A DNA stretch of 64,000 nucleotides from Octopus vulgaris (Eukaryota). The notes under the pieces were generated by a model that saw nothing but the letters and a program-made list of their open reading frames with translations, was not told the DNA's origin and did no database searches. The position numbers and the translations under genes are program-made. Location of the stretch: assembly GCA_951406725.2 (NCBI GenBank), contig OX597829.1, positions 37,200,001 to 37,264,000 on the forward strand, written 5' to 3'. Below, piece after piece: positions 13,001 through 26,585 of this stretch; position 1 is the first letter of the stretch; each line of letters opens with the position of its first letter.

Positions 13001-13728
13001 ATATATCAATTTCACTAGTAAACTTGCAATTTTTATGGTTGACTCATCTGTGAACAATTTTTGCAATATAATATATTGGAGATAGCTAAAGAATTGGACA
13101 AAATATATAATACATTTACAATTGTCAGTATAATATATATGGAGATAGCTAAACAATTATCATTCTATTGAAGCTATTACATTTTGTAGCAGCTTTTAAA
13201 ATTGTTGAAGATATAAGTTTTCCAGTATTGAAATTAGATAAAGATGTAGAGAAATAACTAACTTTAATACAATTTTGGTTAAAGATTCTTTCTTGCGCTT
13301 TCTAATTTTGTCTCTTAGTTAAAATCCTTATTTATTAACACATTGTCGTAATAATTTGAGGTGTTATTGAAAGCATGTCTATTGTATGAGATAAATGAAC
13401 TGATTTCCACTATTTTTTACAATGCTATTTGAAACTAGTGTTATGTGATTTGTTGTTATGCTAATTTATTCAAGTGTTTCATTTGGCCTTCTATAATGAT
13501 GGTATTTGCTAGTGTTTAAATTTAAGATAACGCTTGAAAAAAAAATTGGCTATTTTAAGTTTGGTATCCATTGAGATCTTCAACATTTAATTCTTTCAAT
13601 ATTTCAATAAGGTTCTTTTTCTTAATCTCTCAGCTTGCTGATTGTTTGTATTTCTAAGATACAATGATACACTCCTTTTATTTTAATAGTAAGCATCAGT
13701 ATTGGAGTTAATAGAGATACATATGCCT

Positions 13729-14125
13729 GGAGGCGCAATGGCCCAGTGGTTAGGGCAGTGGACTCGCGGTCATAGGATCGCGGTCATAGGATCGCGGTTT
13801 CGATTCCCAGACCGGGCGTTGTGAGTGTTTATTGAGCAAAAACACCTAAAGCTCCACGAGGCTCCGGTAGGGGATGGTGGTGATCCCTGCTGTACTCTTT
13901 CACCACAACTTTCTCTCACTCTTACTTCCTGTTTCTGTTGTACCTGTATTTCAAGGGGCCGGTCTTGTCACTCTCTGTGTCACGCTGAATATCCCCGAGA
14001 ACTACGTTTAAGGGTACACGTGTCTGTGGAGTGCTCAGCCACTTACACGTTAATTTCACGAGCAGGCTGTTCCGTTGATTCGGATCAACCGGAACCCTCG
14101 TCGTCGTAACCGATGGAGTGCTTCC
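13729..14125 (+). mobile_element. Full-length tRNA-derived SINE (family D)
   Basis: A-box TGGCCCAGTGG and B-box-like GGTTTCGATTCCC. Perfect TSD ACATATGCCT at 13719-13728 and 14126-14135. CpG-rich, so probably young. Internal 14-bp tandem duplication TCGCGGTCATAGGA. Confidence 0.9.
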
Positions 14126-14438
14126 ACATATGCCTATCAGACACAGTATTGTGCTGACATAACTGGGGTTTGAAATTCAGAAGCTTTAATTTTCATTTGA
14201 AGTAGGTAATCTCTACGTTTGCAATAGCCTACAACCAATGGAGGAATATCTGTCAGCTTTTCTTACCTCAGATATAACCCATTGCATTTCACGCTGTAAA
14301 CATTCTTCATCACAGCTGAGAATTAATTTTAAAATGTCAAACCAAAGGGGAAAAAAAAAGAACAGTTATTTTCTTTATTACATCAACAGAAAAGCTACAA
14401 ATAATTTTTCATTTTAAAAAAATCTTAATATTTATTTA

Positions 14439-14491
<53 letters not shown>

Positions 14492-15409
14492 ATGCGTGCA
14501 TGTGTATAAATTATTCATAGACAGTATAATAATTTGGAATATATTATTTTGATTATAATTATATCTATGTTGATCTTTCAAATATTAGTAATTCCTGACA
14601 AAGACTTGACTATTCATCTATTCTGATTAACCAATGAGTTTGCTGGGCTGTTTTTTTTTTTTTTTAAGATAAACTGCATACTTATAACTTCCAGTCACAA
14701 TTGTACAGTTTTGGCAATTTATAATAAATTATTATATTTTGCAACTTGTATTGAGTACTTTTATCTTGAGTTTGTATATACTAACATGTATTCATTATTC
14801 ATACACACACATCAACATGTTAGTGATAATGAACTGAAGAGAAAGTATTCAGTACTAGATGTAGACTATAAATTCAATTCAACCAGATAAAAGCTATTCA
14901 AATGATACTCTAAGTTTCTATGTAATGATAAAATGTTCCTTCAGTTGGTCATAATAGAATGGAAACCTCAACAATAACATTGTTTAAGTGTAAACACAAT
15001 TACATTGTGTTGGCAAATGCATTTTTGTTTGAGTATGTGCAAGCATATATGCAAAGATTAAGTGTTTACTTGCATGCATATATTACCTTAAGTTATGTGT
15101 GTATGTATGTTAATTTTATGTTTCTGCAAATCCAGAGTCATTTCCCTGCCCTCAAAATTCACCAACAGTCTTTTTCTTTTCTTTTTTTTTTATTTGCTGA
15201 CCAATGCCTGAAGTCACAAATATGCAATGCAAGGCTCTTGCTAGCCAATGGGAGGTGTGCATTCCTTTGCCATTTTGTAACGTCATTTGTTTATTGTCAG
15301 TGTTTTTATTCCATGAAAGCCAACTGAAGAAATATGTCATTTTCAGCTCACTAAATTTTAAATTTATATATAATATCTACTTCACCATGTTTGCATGGAT
15401 CAGATGAGA

Positions 15410-15806
<397 letters not shown>

Positions 15807-16497
15807 GAAACTTTCTTGGTTGTTTTTCTAAATGAAAAAAATATCCAAGTTTAGTTATTTTAAAATTGAATAAGAAAAATACTTAATGATGAGAATTTAA
15901 CTTCTTGTATATTACAAGTATTCTCAACCTTAATGGTCATGTTTATAGCATAGGCAAGCCAGAGACTGCATATAATTGATATGTATGTGTTGAGCATGTT
16001 TGAAAGCACAATCGTAAACAAGGTAAAGCATAAAAGATACATGCATAAATTTGTATGTGTGTGCATGTGTGTATGTTTGTGTGTATATATGTATATATAT
16101 GCATGTATTTCTTCCTTTTTATATCTCTGATTTTTCTTTTCTTTGTATGCATGAAACATAATTCTGAAGAAAATAATTCATCAGCCAAATTGTGTAGATA
16201 CTGTTTCATGAGAAAAAAAAAATGTCTGTGTGTGTGTGTTTGAAGTTGGTCATACTAATGGAACATCTAATTGAAAACTCTTAAGAAAGAAATATAAATA
16301 TGTCCAAGGAAATCACAGTCTCCCGAAATGTGAATCCTATTTCATCTTATGGGCCACAGTGCTTTCATTTCTAGAATAATATTGTCTATCCCATACTGTT
16401 GTGACTATTTAAGTAGAACGCTAGTTGCTTGGCATTATTATAATTTGAGGAATTATTTTAAAACAATTCTTTTTTTTTTTTAATATAAAATTGTGTT

Positions 16498-16530
<33 letters not shown>

Positions 16531-17504
16531 TGTGTGTGTGTATGGGTGTGTGTGTGTGTGTGTGTGTGGAAAACAAAAGGGAAAGCAGTAGTTTTATTAA
16601 TAATGACAACACTGAAGATGATAATATTGTTGACAGACAGTAATAGTAAAAAGAATAACATTAAAGAAATATATTCTGTATATTCAATACTTCATTCTTT
16701 GTCTCAGACAGGAATTTCCAGATTCATTAAATATTCCTTAAAAAATGTAATGTGGATAAAAAAATTTTTAGATGTAAATGAATGGAATTTATTATTTTTT
16801 GTCTCTTTTTTTTTTTTATCCCAATCATTTTATATATTATTTTTCAAACAAGAATATTTTAAAGCTGGTGGAAGTTTTAGAAGATTTTTGTTATATTTTT
16901 TGCTTCTTCTGCTAATTTATTACCCCTCTTCTCTCCTTGCATACAATAACAAACACCAATATTATTTTTTCTGAGGGATATATATTATTTATTTGTTTTA
17001 AATATTACAAACATTTGTTAATGATATTATGATGATAATGATAATAACAGTAGTTGTAGTAACATTAAAAAAGAAACTGTAACAGTAATGATAATAGTAA
17101 TAATGATGTTACAAATATTGATAAATTATATTTAGCACATTATTTCAAATATCTGATATTATGCAAATTTCTTTGTAGTAAGTAAATGCAGATTTTAAAA
17201 TTTTAATTTAATTTTATTTTTAGATATTTTTACTTTTCTTTTATTGATTGAATTAAGCATTGACTCTATGAATCATATTTTGCTTAATGATTTTCATTAG
17301 GATTCTTTTCCTATCTTTAATATTATACAGTTGCCTGTGTAGGCATGTACACTCAGACATACACACATAAACCCACCAAACCTACCCTACATGTTTGATT
17401 AAGCAAACAACTGAAAAAGATTTGAAACCTATTAAATTTTGAACCAGTAAAGACTATGAACAGTTCAGTATCAAGGTGGTCAATAAACAATTTAGTTTAT
17501 GAAA

Positions 17505-17548
17505 CTATTTTTTATTTTATTAATTTTTTTATTGTTCCTTAGGTAAGT
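17505..17548 (+). promoter_or_regulatory. Juxtaposed 3'/5' splice site (recursive-splice-like)
   Basis: T-rich tract followed by TTCCTTAG|GTAAGT at 17542/17543. Confidence 0.35.
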
Positions 17549-17984
17549 AAGATCAGTACCTATGACACTTTCAGGTCCTGCAAGACTTGGGGAGGAAGGT
17601 AAAAGAATATACTAACACTGAGGACCTGGCCTGAATGCTAGCAACAAAGAGGACACTGTTAAAAGCATTCACGTTCCAGGACATGGTGTTGAATTTGGCA
17701 ATGGTTTGAATCTACCACTCAAGAATTGGAATGGCCCCTGTGATGAACTCCCACACAGTTTCTCTCTACTAAATTTCAGTCATGATGGTTTCAACTTGAG
17801 GGTTTGATAGTAGACTTACCCATGGTGCAGCTTAGAGGGATTGAAACTGTATTATTGCAAAATAAACTACTAGATAACGAAGGTAACTTGTAATGACACT
17901 CTTAATTTTCTGAAGATAAACAAAAACTCAAATGGTTAAAGCTCTAATTACTGATTTTGAATGTAAAATATAACAGTCACTAAA

Positions 17985-18130
17985 AAGTGCAGGGTTGCTG
18001 TGTGGTTAAGAAGTTTGCATATAGTTTTAGCCTCCATTCCACTGACACAGCACCTTGGGTGTCTTCAACTTTAGTCCTGGGGTGACCAAAACCTTGTAAG
18101 TGGATTTGATAAATTGAAAGAAACCCATTA
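17985..18130 (+). mobile_element. Degenerate family A SINE
   Basis: GCTGTGTGGTTAAGAAGTTTGC...CCTTGTAAGTGGATTTG..GAAAGAAACCC. Confidence 0.7.
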
Positions 18131-18749
18131 TGTATGTGTGTGAATGTGAATACATACATAATACATACATACATTCATGTGCGTGTGTGAGTGAACGTAT
18201 GTGTTTGCATGTGCATTGTTTGTTTATGTTTGCATTCACTTATATAAAAGTTGTGGTTTAAGAGCAGTGATGCTGTTGTCACAATAGGTCATCCATTCGC
18301 TTTGTGTATTCAAAAGCATATGGAATAAGAGCATATGGATCTCTTATTTGAAAAACATAAAATATTAGCAACAGGGAAGGCACCCAGCTATAAGACATAC
18401 CTCAATAATATATTCATCTAACTTGTGATAGCATGAAAAAAAAAAAAAAAAAAAAAAACAGACACAAAAATGAATGAACAAATTGAAAGTAATTTTGCAA
18501 TAAGAACAATTGTCAGTTCTACCTTTTCTAGGATTTGCTGTTTGTAAAAGGATGTTACTACATCATATACCAATGATGTCTGTGTCAAGAACAATATGAA
18601 TTCTTTCTCTCTCATTAATGGAAATATATTTAGAAATATTTTTATTGAATCAGTCTGGCAGTATTCAAGTATATGAAATATCTAGGTTAAAATGATAAAT
18701 TAAAATCCAAAGACATGCCCTCTCTTTCCCAAATCAGGATAATTCCAAC

Positions 18750-19315
18750 TAGAGTTTCCATGAGATTCTTGTAGATCCCAATTGGTGAATGCAAAAATAT
18801 CTTGTAATGCTTTGTTTTTCACAGCATACCTCAAAGGTCGGAAGAGTTGCCTAGTATACATTATGTAAAGCACTGTAGATGCAGCAACTTATCTCTTGTG
18901 ATGTAAATTCTAATAGCAAATTTTTTAACAGCTTTAGTTTTATCAACTGCAGTGATTCTTAGAATTTTACTTTGACTATTTTCTCAAGAGAGACATTATG
19001 AAAGTTATTCATCCAGAATAGACTATTTTAGACTACGATATTTTATTCTTGTGCTTTGAAAATAGTGGTCATTCCATTTTTATTCAGATTGTTTGCAGAA
19101 TTTTATAAGCACTTGAAGCTTTTAAGCAGCTCTGTTGTAAATGGTGAATGTATATTTGGTCCAGAACAATTGCATTCAAAGACATTATCCAAATTTTCAA
19201 GCTTATTTCAGCTTGAATTTCAAGATCCATAGATAATTTACAGCCAAGATTTTATAAACTTTCTACATTTTGCCAGCTGAAATATATCTGCTTTCTGTCC
19301 AAACCTGCAGCCTGA
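18750..19315 (-). pseudogene. Decayed RTE-like RT C-terminal remnant
   Basis: The minus strand gives a frameshifted NVESF..LG-like motif and a KIL..I.WND-like segment. Confidence 0.35.
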
Positions 19316-19853
19316 TAAGAATATGTGTGTGTGTGCATGCACATGCATGTGTGTGTATATATATATATATATATGTGTGTACACACATATATAAGTATTG
19401 CCACACGGTGGGACTGAACCTGAAACCATATAGCTTAGAAGCAAGCTCCCTAACCACACAGCCATGCCCGCGCCTACGAAAAATGTATGTGCGCATATGT
19501 ACATACATTTTTCGTAGCTGTGTGGTTAGGGAGCTTCCAAGCTACATGGTTTCGGGTTCAGTCCCACCGTGTGGCACTTTGGGCAAGTGTCTTCTGCTAT
19601 AGCCCCAGGCCGACCGAAGCTTTGTGATTGAATTTGGTAGACGGAAGTTACTGCCGTGTGTGTATATGTGTGTATAGCTGCTTGTGCCTCTCCGAGAGAG
19701 ATAGAGGACATATATGCATGTATATATTTGTGTATATGTGCGTGTCTACACACACACACACACACACACATATTCTTATCAGACTGCAGATTTGGACAGA
19801 AGGCTGATATATTTCAGCTGGCAAAATGTAGAAAGTTCATCAAATCTTGACTG
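19241..19853. repeat. ~600-bp inverted duplication containing two back-to-back family A SINE heads
   Basis: 19241-19335 is the reverse complement of about 19760-19853. Centre CTACGAAAAATGTATGT..ACATACATTTTTCGTAG. Confidence 0.9.
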
Positions 19854-22004
19854 AAAACTATCAGAAGATATATATCTTCTGAATCTATGTTCTTCATCTT
19901 TATTTCTTTAGATTTTCTGTACCCCATTACCTGAGGCTATTCTTGAAACTTCTACATTATCTTAACCTCCTAATTTTTACTGTCTATCTTAAATATTTAA
20001 AACTGTTCCATATTCCTATATTAGAATTGCATTTCTCTATAATTCTTTGCAAGTGTTAATTAGTGTATTATCATTCAGTCATCCTAAACACATCAACCCA
20101 TCTAACAGTAAAAGTAATAGATTTTGTTCAAGTGGGTAAAAAATAGAAACATGCTTTTACACTTTACACTAGACTTCACAATGTATGCTTATTGAACTAC
20201 AAGTACAAATTTGTTATTGATTTTTGCTATCTTTAAATAAAAACTTCTGATGTTTGTATTCTCAACCATGCCAAACAATATTCTTTATTTATAATTATAA
20301 TTTATATGTTATCTTCCTTTTTTTTTTACCACAAATATTCTCACATTTTGTAAAATCAATCGTTTTTTTTTTTTTTTACTCTTTCATTCTCATGTGTACA
20401 GTTTATTTTCAACCACCTGTTTATTTATAAATTTAAGTTCACTTATATATTTTACTGTTGTACATCCATACTTTTCCATTGATAGGTAAGAAGAATTATT
20501 ATAGAAAATATCTTTACAGATGGATGCTCTTGTTATCACTAGCCACTTAACTCTGAAGGAACCAGTTGACATCATGAGACAAGCAATTATAGACCTTGTC
20601 AGGCTATAGTCATTAGGTTTGAACTCAAAACTATATAGTTGAAGTACTGTACTTTCACTTCATGTATTTTCCCTCCTATAAACTAAATTTTACTTTTAAT
20701 AACTTTACAGAAACATTTCTCTTTGGGGAAGTGACTGGGGAGATGGCTGAGACAACAAAATATATGACTAAAATCATTGCAGCATTTAGTTTTATTCTTC
20801 TAATGCTGGTTTATTTTTTATTCATCAAGTGTCAATAAAATAAATATTTGCAAATTACTGGATTTAGATTGTTTTTATATTTATCTAGTCAACTTTTCAA
20901 GTATAACAGAAGATTGAATATCTTTGTACCCTTTTTTTTTCTTTCTTTTTTTTTTCCCAATCCTGCCAGATGTCACATTTCTTAATTTTCTTACATGATT
21001 TGTGTTGTTTGGATGAATTTAAAATGATTTGGGATGATTGAGTAGCTATGGGGAATTAAATGTTCAGTAGCATGGGCTATTCTTAATAGTAACATGTATT
21101 ATTAATAAAATAGCTCATAAAATATGATAAAGCATAAATAAATAATTGTAAAATATAAAGGTAAATAAAATGTGCAATAGAATTATGGTGTTATTCTTGA
21201 TCTAAAAGATGAAATTGTAATCAATAAAGCAATATTCAACAGGCAATAATATAACCTCTACTGAAACTTATTTCTCTTTAAGAAAACTATTTGTTTGAAT
21301 TAAGCATTTTCTTTTATTTCATTTCATTGCACTCAGTATTAGTTTTCATTCTTCAGCAACTTCCTTGTAAGGTAATAGAGAACGCAATTTAAATAGTCCT
21401 GAATACATTATTGCAGAATAATGTAACTTGCATTATAAATTAAGGAGCATATGTGTTTGTTTTGTTTGTTTGTTTTTTCTTTCTTTTCCCAAGTCTTTTG
21501 ACTTTAGGGTCTTCATTTGTGACTGGCCTTTTAAGGACAAACATGTGAAATCTTATATTTGGATTAATCAACACTTTGACATTTGAAATATATTTATGAA
21601 TCAAGTACTATTTATACTGCTGGCGCTGCTGCTAATAGTAATAGTAATAATAATAATAATAATAATGGGAATGCATACAATGAGCTTCTCTGCCCTAGGT
21701 GTACGGAAAACACTAGGTGAGAAACGGAAGAAAATTTGAAGAAAGAAGGAAAAAAAAAAAAATAATAATAATAATCAGTACCAGCTAAAAATAAATAATG
21801 GCTATTAATTTTTATGGATTATACTTCTGCTATTGTCTGGTTTTAATTTAAGATGTGGGTAAGAGGTTTATTGTAATAATAGAGAATATTTTCCTGTATA
21901 TTTAAAAGAAGTCAATTTTGGTGGCAGTGGCAGTGGCGTCGTAGCAGGAGTGATGGAATTTTACATGTTGATTTGAAATAATCTCTTCTTAATATAAAGT
22001 GAAT

Positions 22005-22241
22005 ATATATTTCTTTACTACCCACAAGGGGCTAAACACAGAGGGGACAAACAAGGACAGACAAACCGATTAAGTCGATTACATCAACCCCAGTGTGTAA
22101 CTGGTACTTAATTTATCGACCCCAAAAGGATGAGAGGCAAAGTCGACCTCGGCGGAATTTGAACCCAGAACGTAACGGCAGACGAAATACGGCTATGCAT
22201 TTCGCCCGGTGTGCTAACGTTTCTGCCAGCTCACCGCCTTC
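22005..22241 (-). mobile_element. Nin/Deu-domain-like SINE (family B)
   Basis: GCCGAGGTCGACTTTGCCT..CATCCTTT..GGGGTCGATAAATTAAGTACCAG core. TSD ATATAAAGTGAAT at 21992-22004 and 22242-22254. Confidence 0.88.
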
Positions 22242-22770
22242 ATATAAAGTGAATGTAATTCAACACATCGTTTAATTTAAATTACATAATGTTTTCAGTT
22301 ATTTTTCAGTTGCGTGTTAAAAGTTCTATTAGTTGATAGGGACACCACAGTGGTATCTTTTACTAAAGATGGAAAAATTACACTGAAACACCAATGTCTG
22401 ACAGTCAATCCATTAACAACATTTGGAGCATGTTGTGTTTTTAACACAAGTCTCTAAGGAGTTGTTCTCCAAGACTAAGCCCCCCAGCAACACTGTTCCT
22501 TGTTTGCTTGCACATGAATGTGCTATAAATGGTGAATGCATTGTTTTTTCTAATGATATTGGTTTCTAACAATTTGAGAGAAGGACACATTTGATTAAAT
22601 CAGCTTTAGTATATTATTGATACATCATCGAAAGAAGTCTGTCATATATGTTGTAATAAATGAAAATGATAGTATATGCATGCTACAATAGCAAGGAAAT
22701 TTATTCACAATTAGTCTATTATGAAAAAGGAACTCAGAAACAATGTCATTCTAGTATCATAATTTTTTTC

Positions 22771-23097
22771 AATTCAATTCAATTTTTATTGGCTCAAAAA
22801 GCAAAAGCAAGGCCATGTAGGGGGACAGGGAGTTATGTACAGGGAGGGTGGTCATACAAAGAGTTCAGGCCATTTCTGATCAAGAGAGACTTTGAACCAA
22901 GCGGTCGTCGGCATTTTCACTATCTCGTCCGGCAGCTTATTCTGCGGACCCGCAACCCGGACGGAGAAAGCCCTTCTCCTTCGATTCAGATGAAATCGTC
23001 ATAGATAGAGCTTTTCGGAGTGACCCCCACAGCCCCTGCTCTGGAGCAGGAGTGAAGAACAACTCTTTCGAGATGTTACACTTTCCGCTCATGATGT
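22771..23097 (-). mobile_element. CR1-clade LINE 3' end
   Basis: The minus strand translates GHSEKL..RRRRAFSVRV..QNKLPDEIV..FKVSLD, then a 3' UTR with AATAAA and an (ATTGA)n tail. Confidence 0.8.
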
Positions 23098-23235
23098 TGT
23101 GAAAAAAAAAATAAGTGCAGCAACTTCCATTTACAATGAAAATGTTACCATAGTTGGACTATTGATTTACAATTACACTGACGACTTATGACTTATGACT
23201 TATGACTCTTTTGACACCAACTAAACTTTAAACCT

Positions 23236-23278
<43 letters not shown>

Positions 23279-25886
23279 CATGAATTAATTTGCAGGCTGA
23301 CAAGAAAAAGATTAAACCTATAAAAAATACATACATATATTATATAGGTGCAGGTGTGGGTGTATGTCGGTATCATTATAGAGCAACATCCAATAGAGAC
23401 AAGCACGGTTTGGACACAAAACACATTTTTTGCTTCATCGTTTTCAATTCAAAATTAATTTTTTCCATGGCAAATGACATATAATTTGAAAGCTTTGGAT
23501 GTGAACTTCTCATATCATGTCACAATCCCTCAAACACCTTGGTATTTCCATGCATATACAAAGTTTTCCTCTTCTTTTTCTTTTGCCTGATGAATGATAC
23601 CCCGTGTTCTAATTCAATGTTCAATTCATTCAAGTGCCATAACTCAGGTTTACTTTAAAATTATATACATGTAGATGAATGTTTTAGCTTTATTTTGATA
23701 TAAAACTCGATGGGGGTAGGTCAGATAATCATTATGAAATATAAAAGTGAAAATTTTATTGCTAATTTTCACTTAGAAAAGAACATGTTTTATACCATGA
23801 GAAAGAAAAGTTTCTTACTAAATCAAGGACATTACTGATTCTGGCCAAGGTATAGCAAAAAAGTGCAAAGTGTAAAAATGAAAGTGGTGTAGTGATGCTT
23901 TTTGTATACAATTAACACATATTGATACTACTTGTGAAACTGACAGATTCTCACTCTGTGAGAGGTCATATGGAAGAGGAATTCAAGGCTTCAAATAACG
24001 ATATTGAACTAGACTTTCAAGAAATGGACAAGTTAATTGTTAAGTAAACATATTTCTATGAGAATTTGCATTAAATTGAGTTAAATAGGTCCTCTAGAGT
24101 CCAAAATTGGCATGTAGTCATTGTATTGATAATATTGTTTATTCCCTATTGCTTTGAACTTAGCAACATATGAATTTTACCTTGTGCATATTCTTGTACA
24201 AGTGAATTTCATATTTCTTAGAGAAATATTGGGCTATTGAAGTCCAATGTGATGTTTTTTTTCATTTTTCTTCCCGATTTTGAGTACAGTCAGATATTTT
24301 GTTGTAATGTTTACATTTTCACAAGTGCTGATTTTCACTTTTATATTTTATAACAATTATCTGACCTACTGCCATCTAGATTTATATCAAAGTAATTCTT
24401 TAAAAAATCCTCTAGCTGCATGTAAAATTACCAACAGAACATGAGTTATAGTGCTCAAGTGCATTAAACTAGATCAAGTGCTATCATTTAGCAGTCAAAA
24501 AACAAAAAAAATACAGGATAAACTTTGTGAATGGATGGAAATACCAGTGTGTTTGAGGGATCCTGATATTTTAGGTATGTGTCAGATTTTGATTAATACT
24601 ATATGAGAACAAAGTTCACATCCAGAGTTTTCAAACGATATATAATTTTCCAAAGAAAATAGGTTTTTTTGTCATGAAAATGATGTACCAAAAAATGGGT
24701 TTTTGCATGGTCAAATTTTATGTCACCTCTTCTACAGTGCTTTCCAAGGATACTTATTAAATCTATAGTAAAGCTCTAATGTTCGAGAAGATTCAGTTTT
24801 ATACCCCATACCAGTGTATCAAAACTGAGTCCCTAACAAATAATGGATCTCAATATAGCCATGTATGAATATACATGAAATGCTTGCACATTGCCAGGTT
24901 GTCATGGGATGTGCTAGAAAAGCAGCTAAACTCCCTTAAATCACATAGCTTTTCATCTCAAAATATTTTCATAATTTTTTTACCTATTATAAGGGCTTTT
25001 TAAGTGCCTAAAAACCTGGCCTAAATCAGACAAATTTTTCTAAAAACGCTTCTCCCCATCATTTCCAAGTCCGTGGTGAGAAAAAATGGGGAAAATCCCC
25101 ATCAAAACAGAAAATCCAACTTATGTGGGCATCCTGATCTGAAATTCTACCATTTATAGCCATTTTCAATAATCTAATTAAAATTTTATGGAAATGCTTT
25201 TCATGCCCCAGAATCTCATGATTTATTTACCTCCATACCTACTACAAATGCGCCAAAACCTCAATGTTCGTATGACTTGTAGTTTTGGATTTAGCTAGGT
25301 CTGAAATCACTTCAAAAATCAACCATTTGGCTCATTTAACAAAATAGGCTTTACATAAGTATTTAAAATATTGCCAAAAAAAATTTTTCTTTTCACAAAC
25401 CTGAAAAAAATTTAGCAACTACTATACCATGGTCACTACTAATTTCAAGATGATTATCACCTCAGTTTCAAAGATATTGCAAACATAGTTACTTATTCAT
25501 TTATGCAAATTAGACAAAATTTCAACCATTTCACTGACCATTCAAATTATATTTCCTAAATTATTCATCCAAATTTCACAAATAAGGTATCAAAATGTTT
25601 GTTTTTAGATGCTCTTCAAGAAAAAGTAAGTAGTAACTGACTGCAAATAATATGTGTGTGTGATGTTTGTAGATATAGGTAGATAGAGATATACAAGGGT
25701 AAGATCTGAGGATCGAACTGTAGAAAGTTTGTAAGCCTCAAACAGTCTGTGGCAGGTATAGAGAACAAAAAGTGGACAGTGTATGATCAGGAGCAATAAC
25801 AATTTGACATCAAAGGTTCCATATTGAAATTATGGAGAAATATGATAACTGTAAGTTTTTGTATAGCTCATGGTTAACAACTTGGG

Positions 25887-26174
25887 GGAGTGGAGAGGGT
25901 AAAATTCAGGTTACATATGTTTCTTAGCTAGCTGATCCTCTGATGTAATAATTATTCAACTTGGGGTACTAAACTTAGCTAATCATCAGGCAAAGATTAG
26001 CTTAATTAAATGAAAGTTACGTTGTGATGTGAGTGGAAATTCCAAAAGACAATGTAGCCTTAATTGGCCTGATGATTAGCTAAGTTGAGTACCCCTTGTT
26101 GAGTAATTATTACATCAGAGGATCGATCAACTAGCAAAGAAATGTGTAGCCTACATTTTACCTGTTCCACTCCT
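25887..26174. mobile_element. Foldback/MITE-like element with ~105-bp inverted arms
   Basis: GATCCTCTGATGTAATAATTA..GGGGTACTAAACTTAGCTAATCATCAGGC is mirrored by GCCTGATGATTAGCTAAGTTGAGTACCCC..TAATTATTACATCAGAGGATC. Confidence 0.75.
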
Positions 26175-26179
26175 TCAAT

Positions 26180-26210
<31 letters not shown>

Positions 26211-26570
26211 CTAGCAGTATCGCCCGGCGTTGCTCGGGTTTGTAAGGGAAATAACTATATAAGCATTTTTAGAGAGATATAGCCAAAAAATGTTAAATTT
26301 TTTTAATCGTTGACTCATCGTAGACATTTTTAGAGAGTTACTTCCCTTTATATAATAGCGAAAAAATGCATTAAAATGGAAAAAAATGGTGGTAAATTTT
26401 TTTTTAAATCGTAGACTCATCGTAGACGCGCGCTAATACCCAGAAGGGCTCGATATGAATCACGACTATAAGATACCCGGTTTTGGTTAAACTGCACCGC
26501 AAAATATGGGAGTAGTTAGGAATCTAAATCGTAGGAGACAGACACACAACCTCTCTTTTATATATAAAGA
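26211..26570 (-). mobile_element. Non-autonomous Helitron (family H2) in (TA)n
   Basis: Minus strand TCTTTATATATAAAAG ... CCCGAGCAACGCCGGG hairpin, CGATACTGCTAG, at an A|T site. Confidence 0.88.
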
Positions 26571-26585
26571 TATATATATATATAT

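Noticed and set aside
13729-13815. tRNA-like sequences (also at 48504 and in family A heads)
   Set aside because: No complete cloverleaf. They are heads of TSD-flanked or multi-copy SINEs.
24990-25620. Possible Kolobok-like MITE
   Set aside because: The putative TIRs and TTAA TSD are too degenerate to support.
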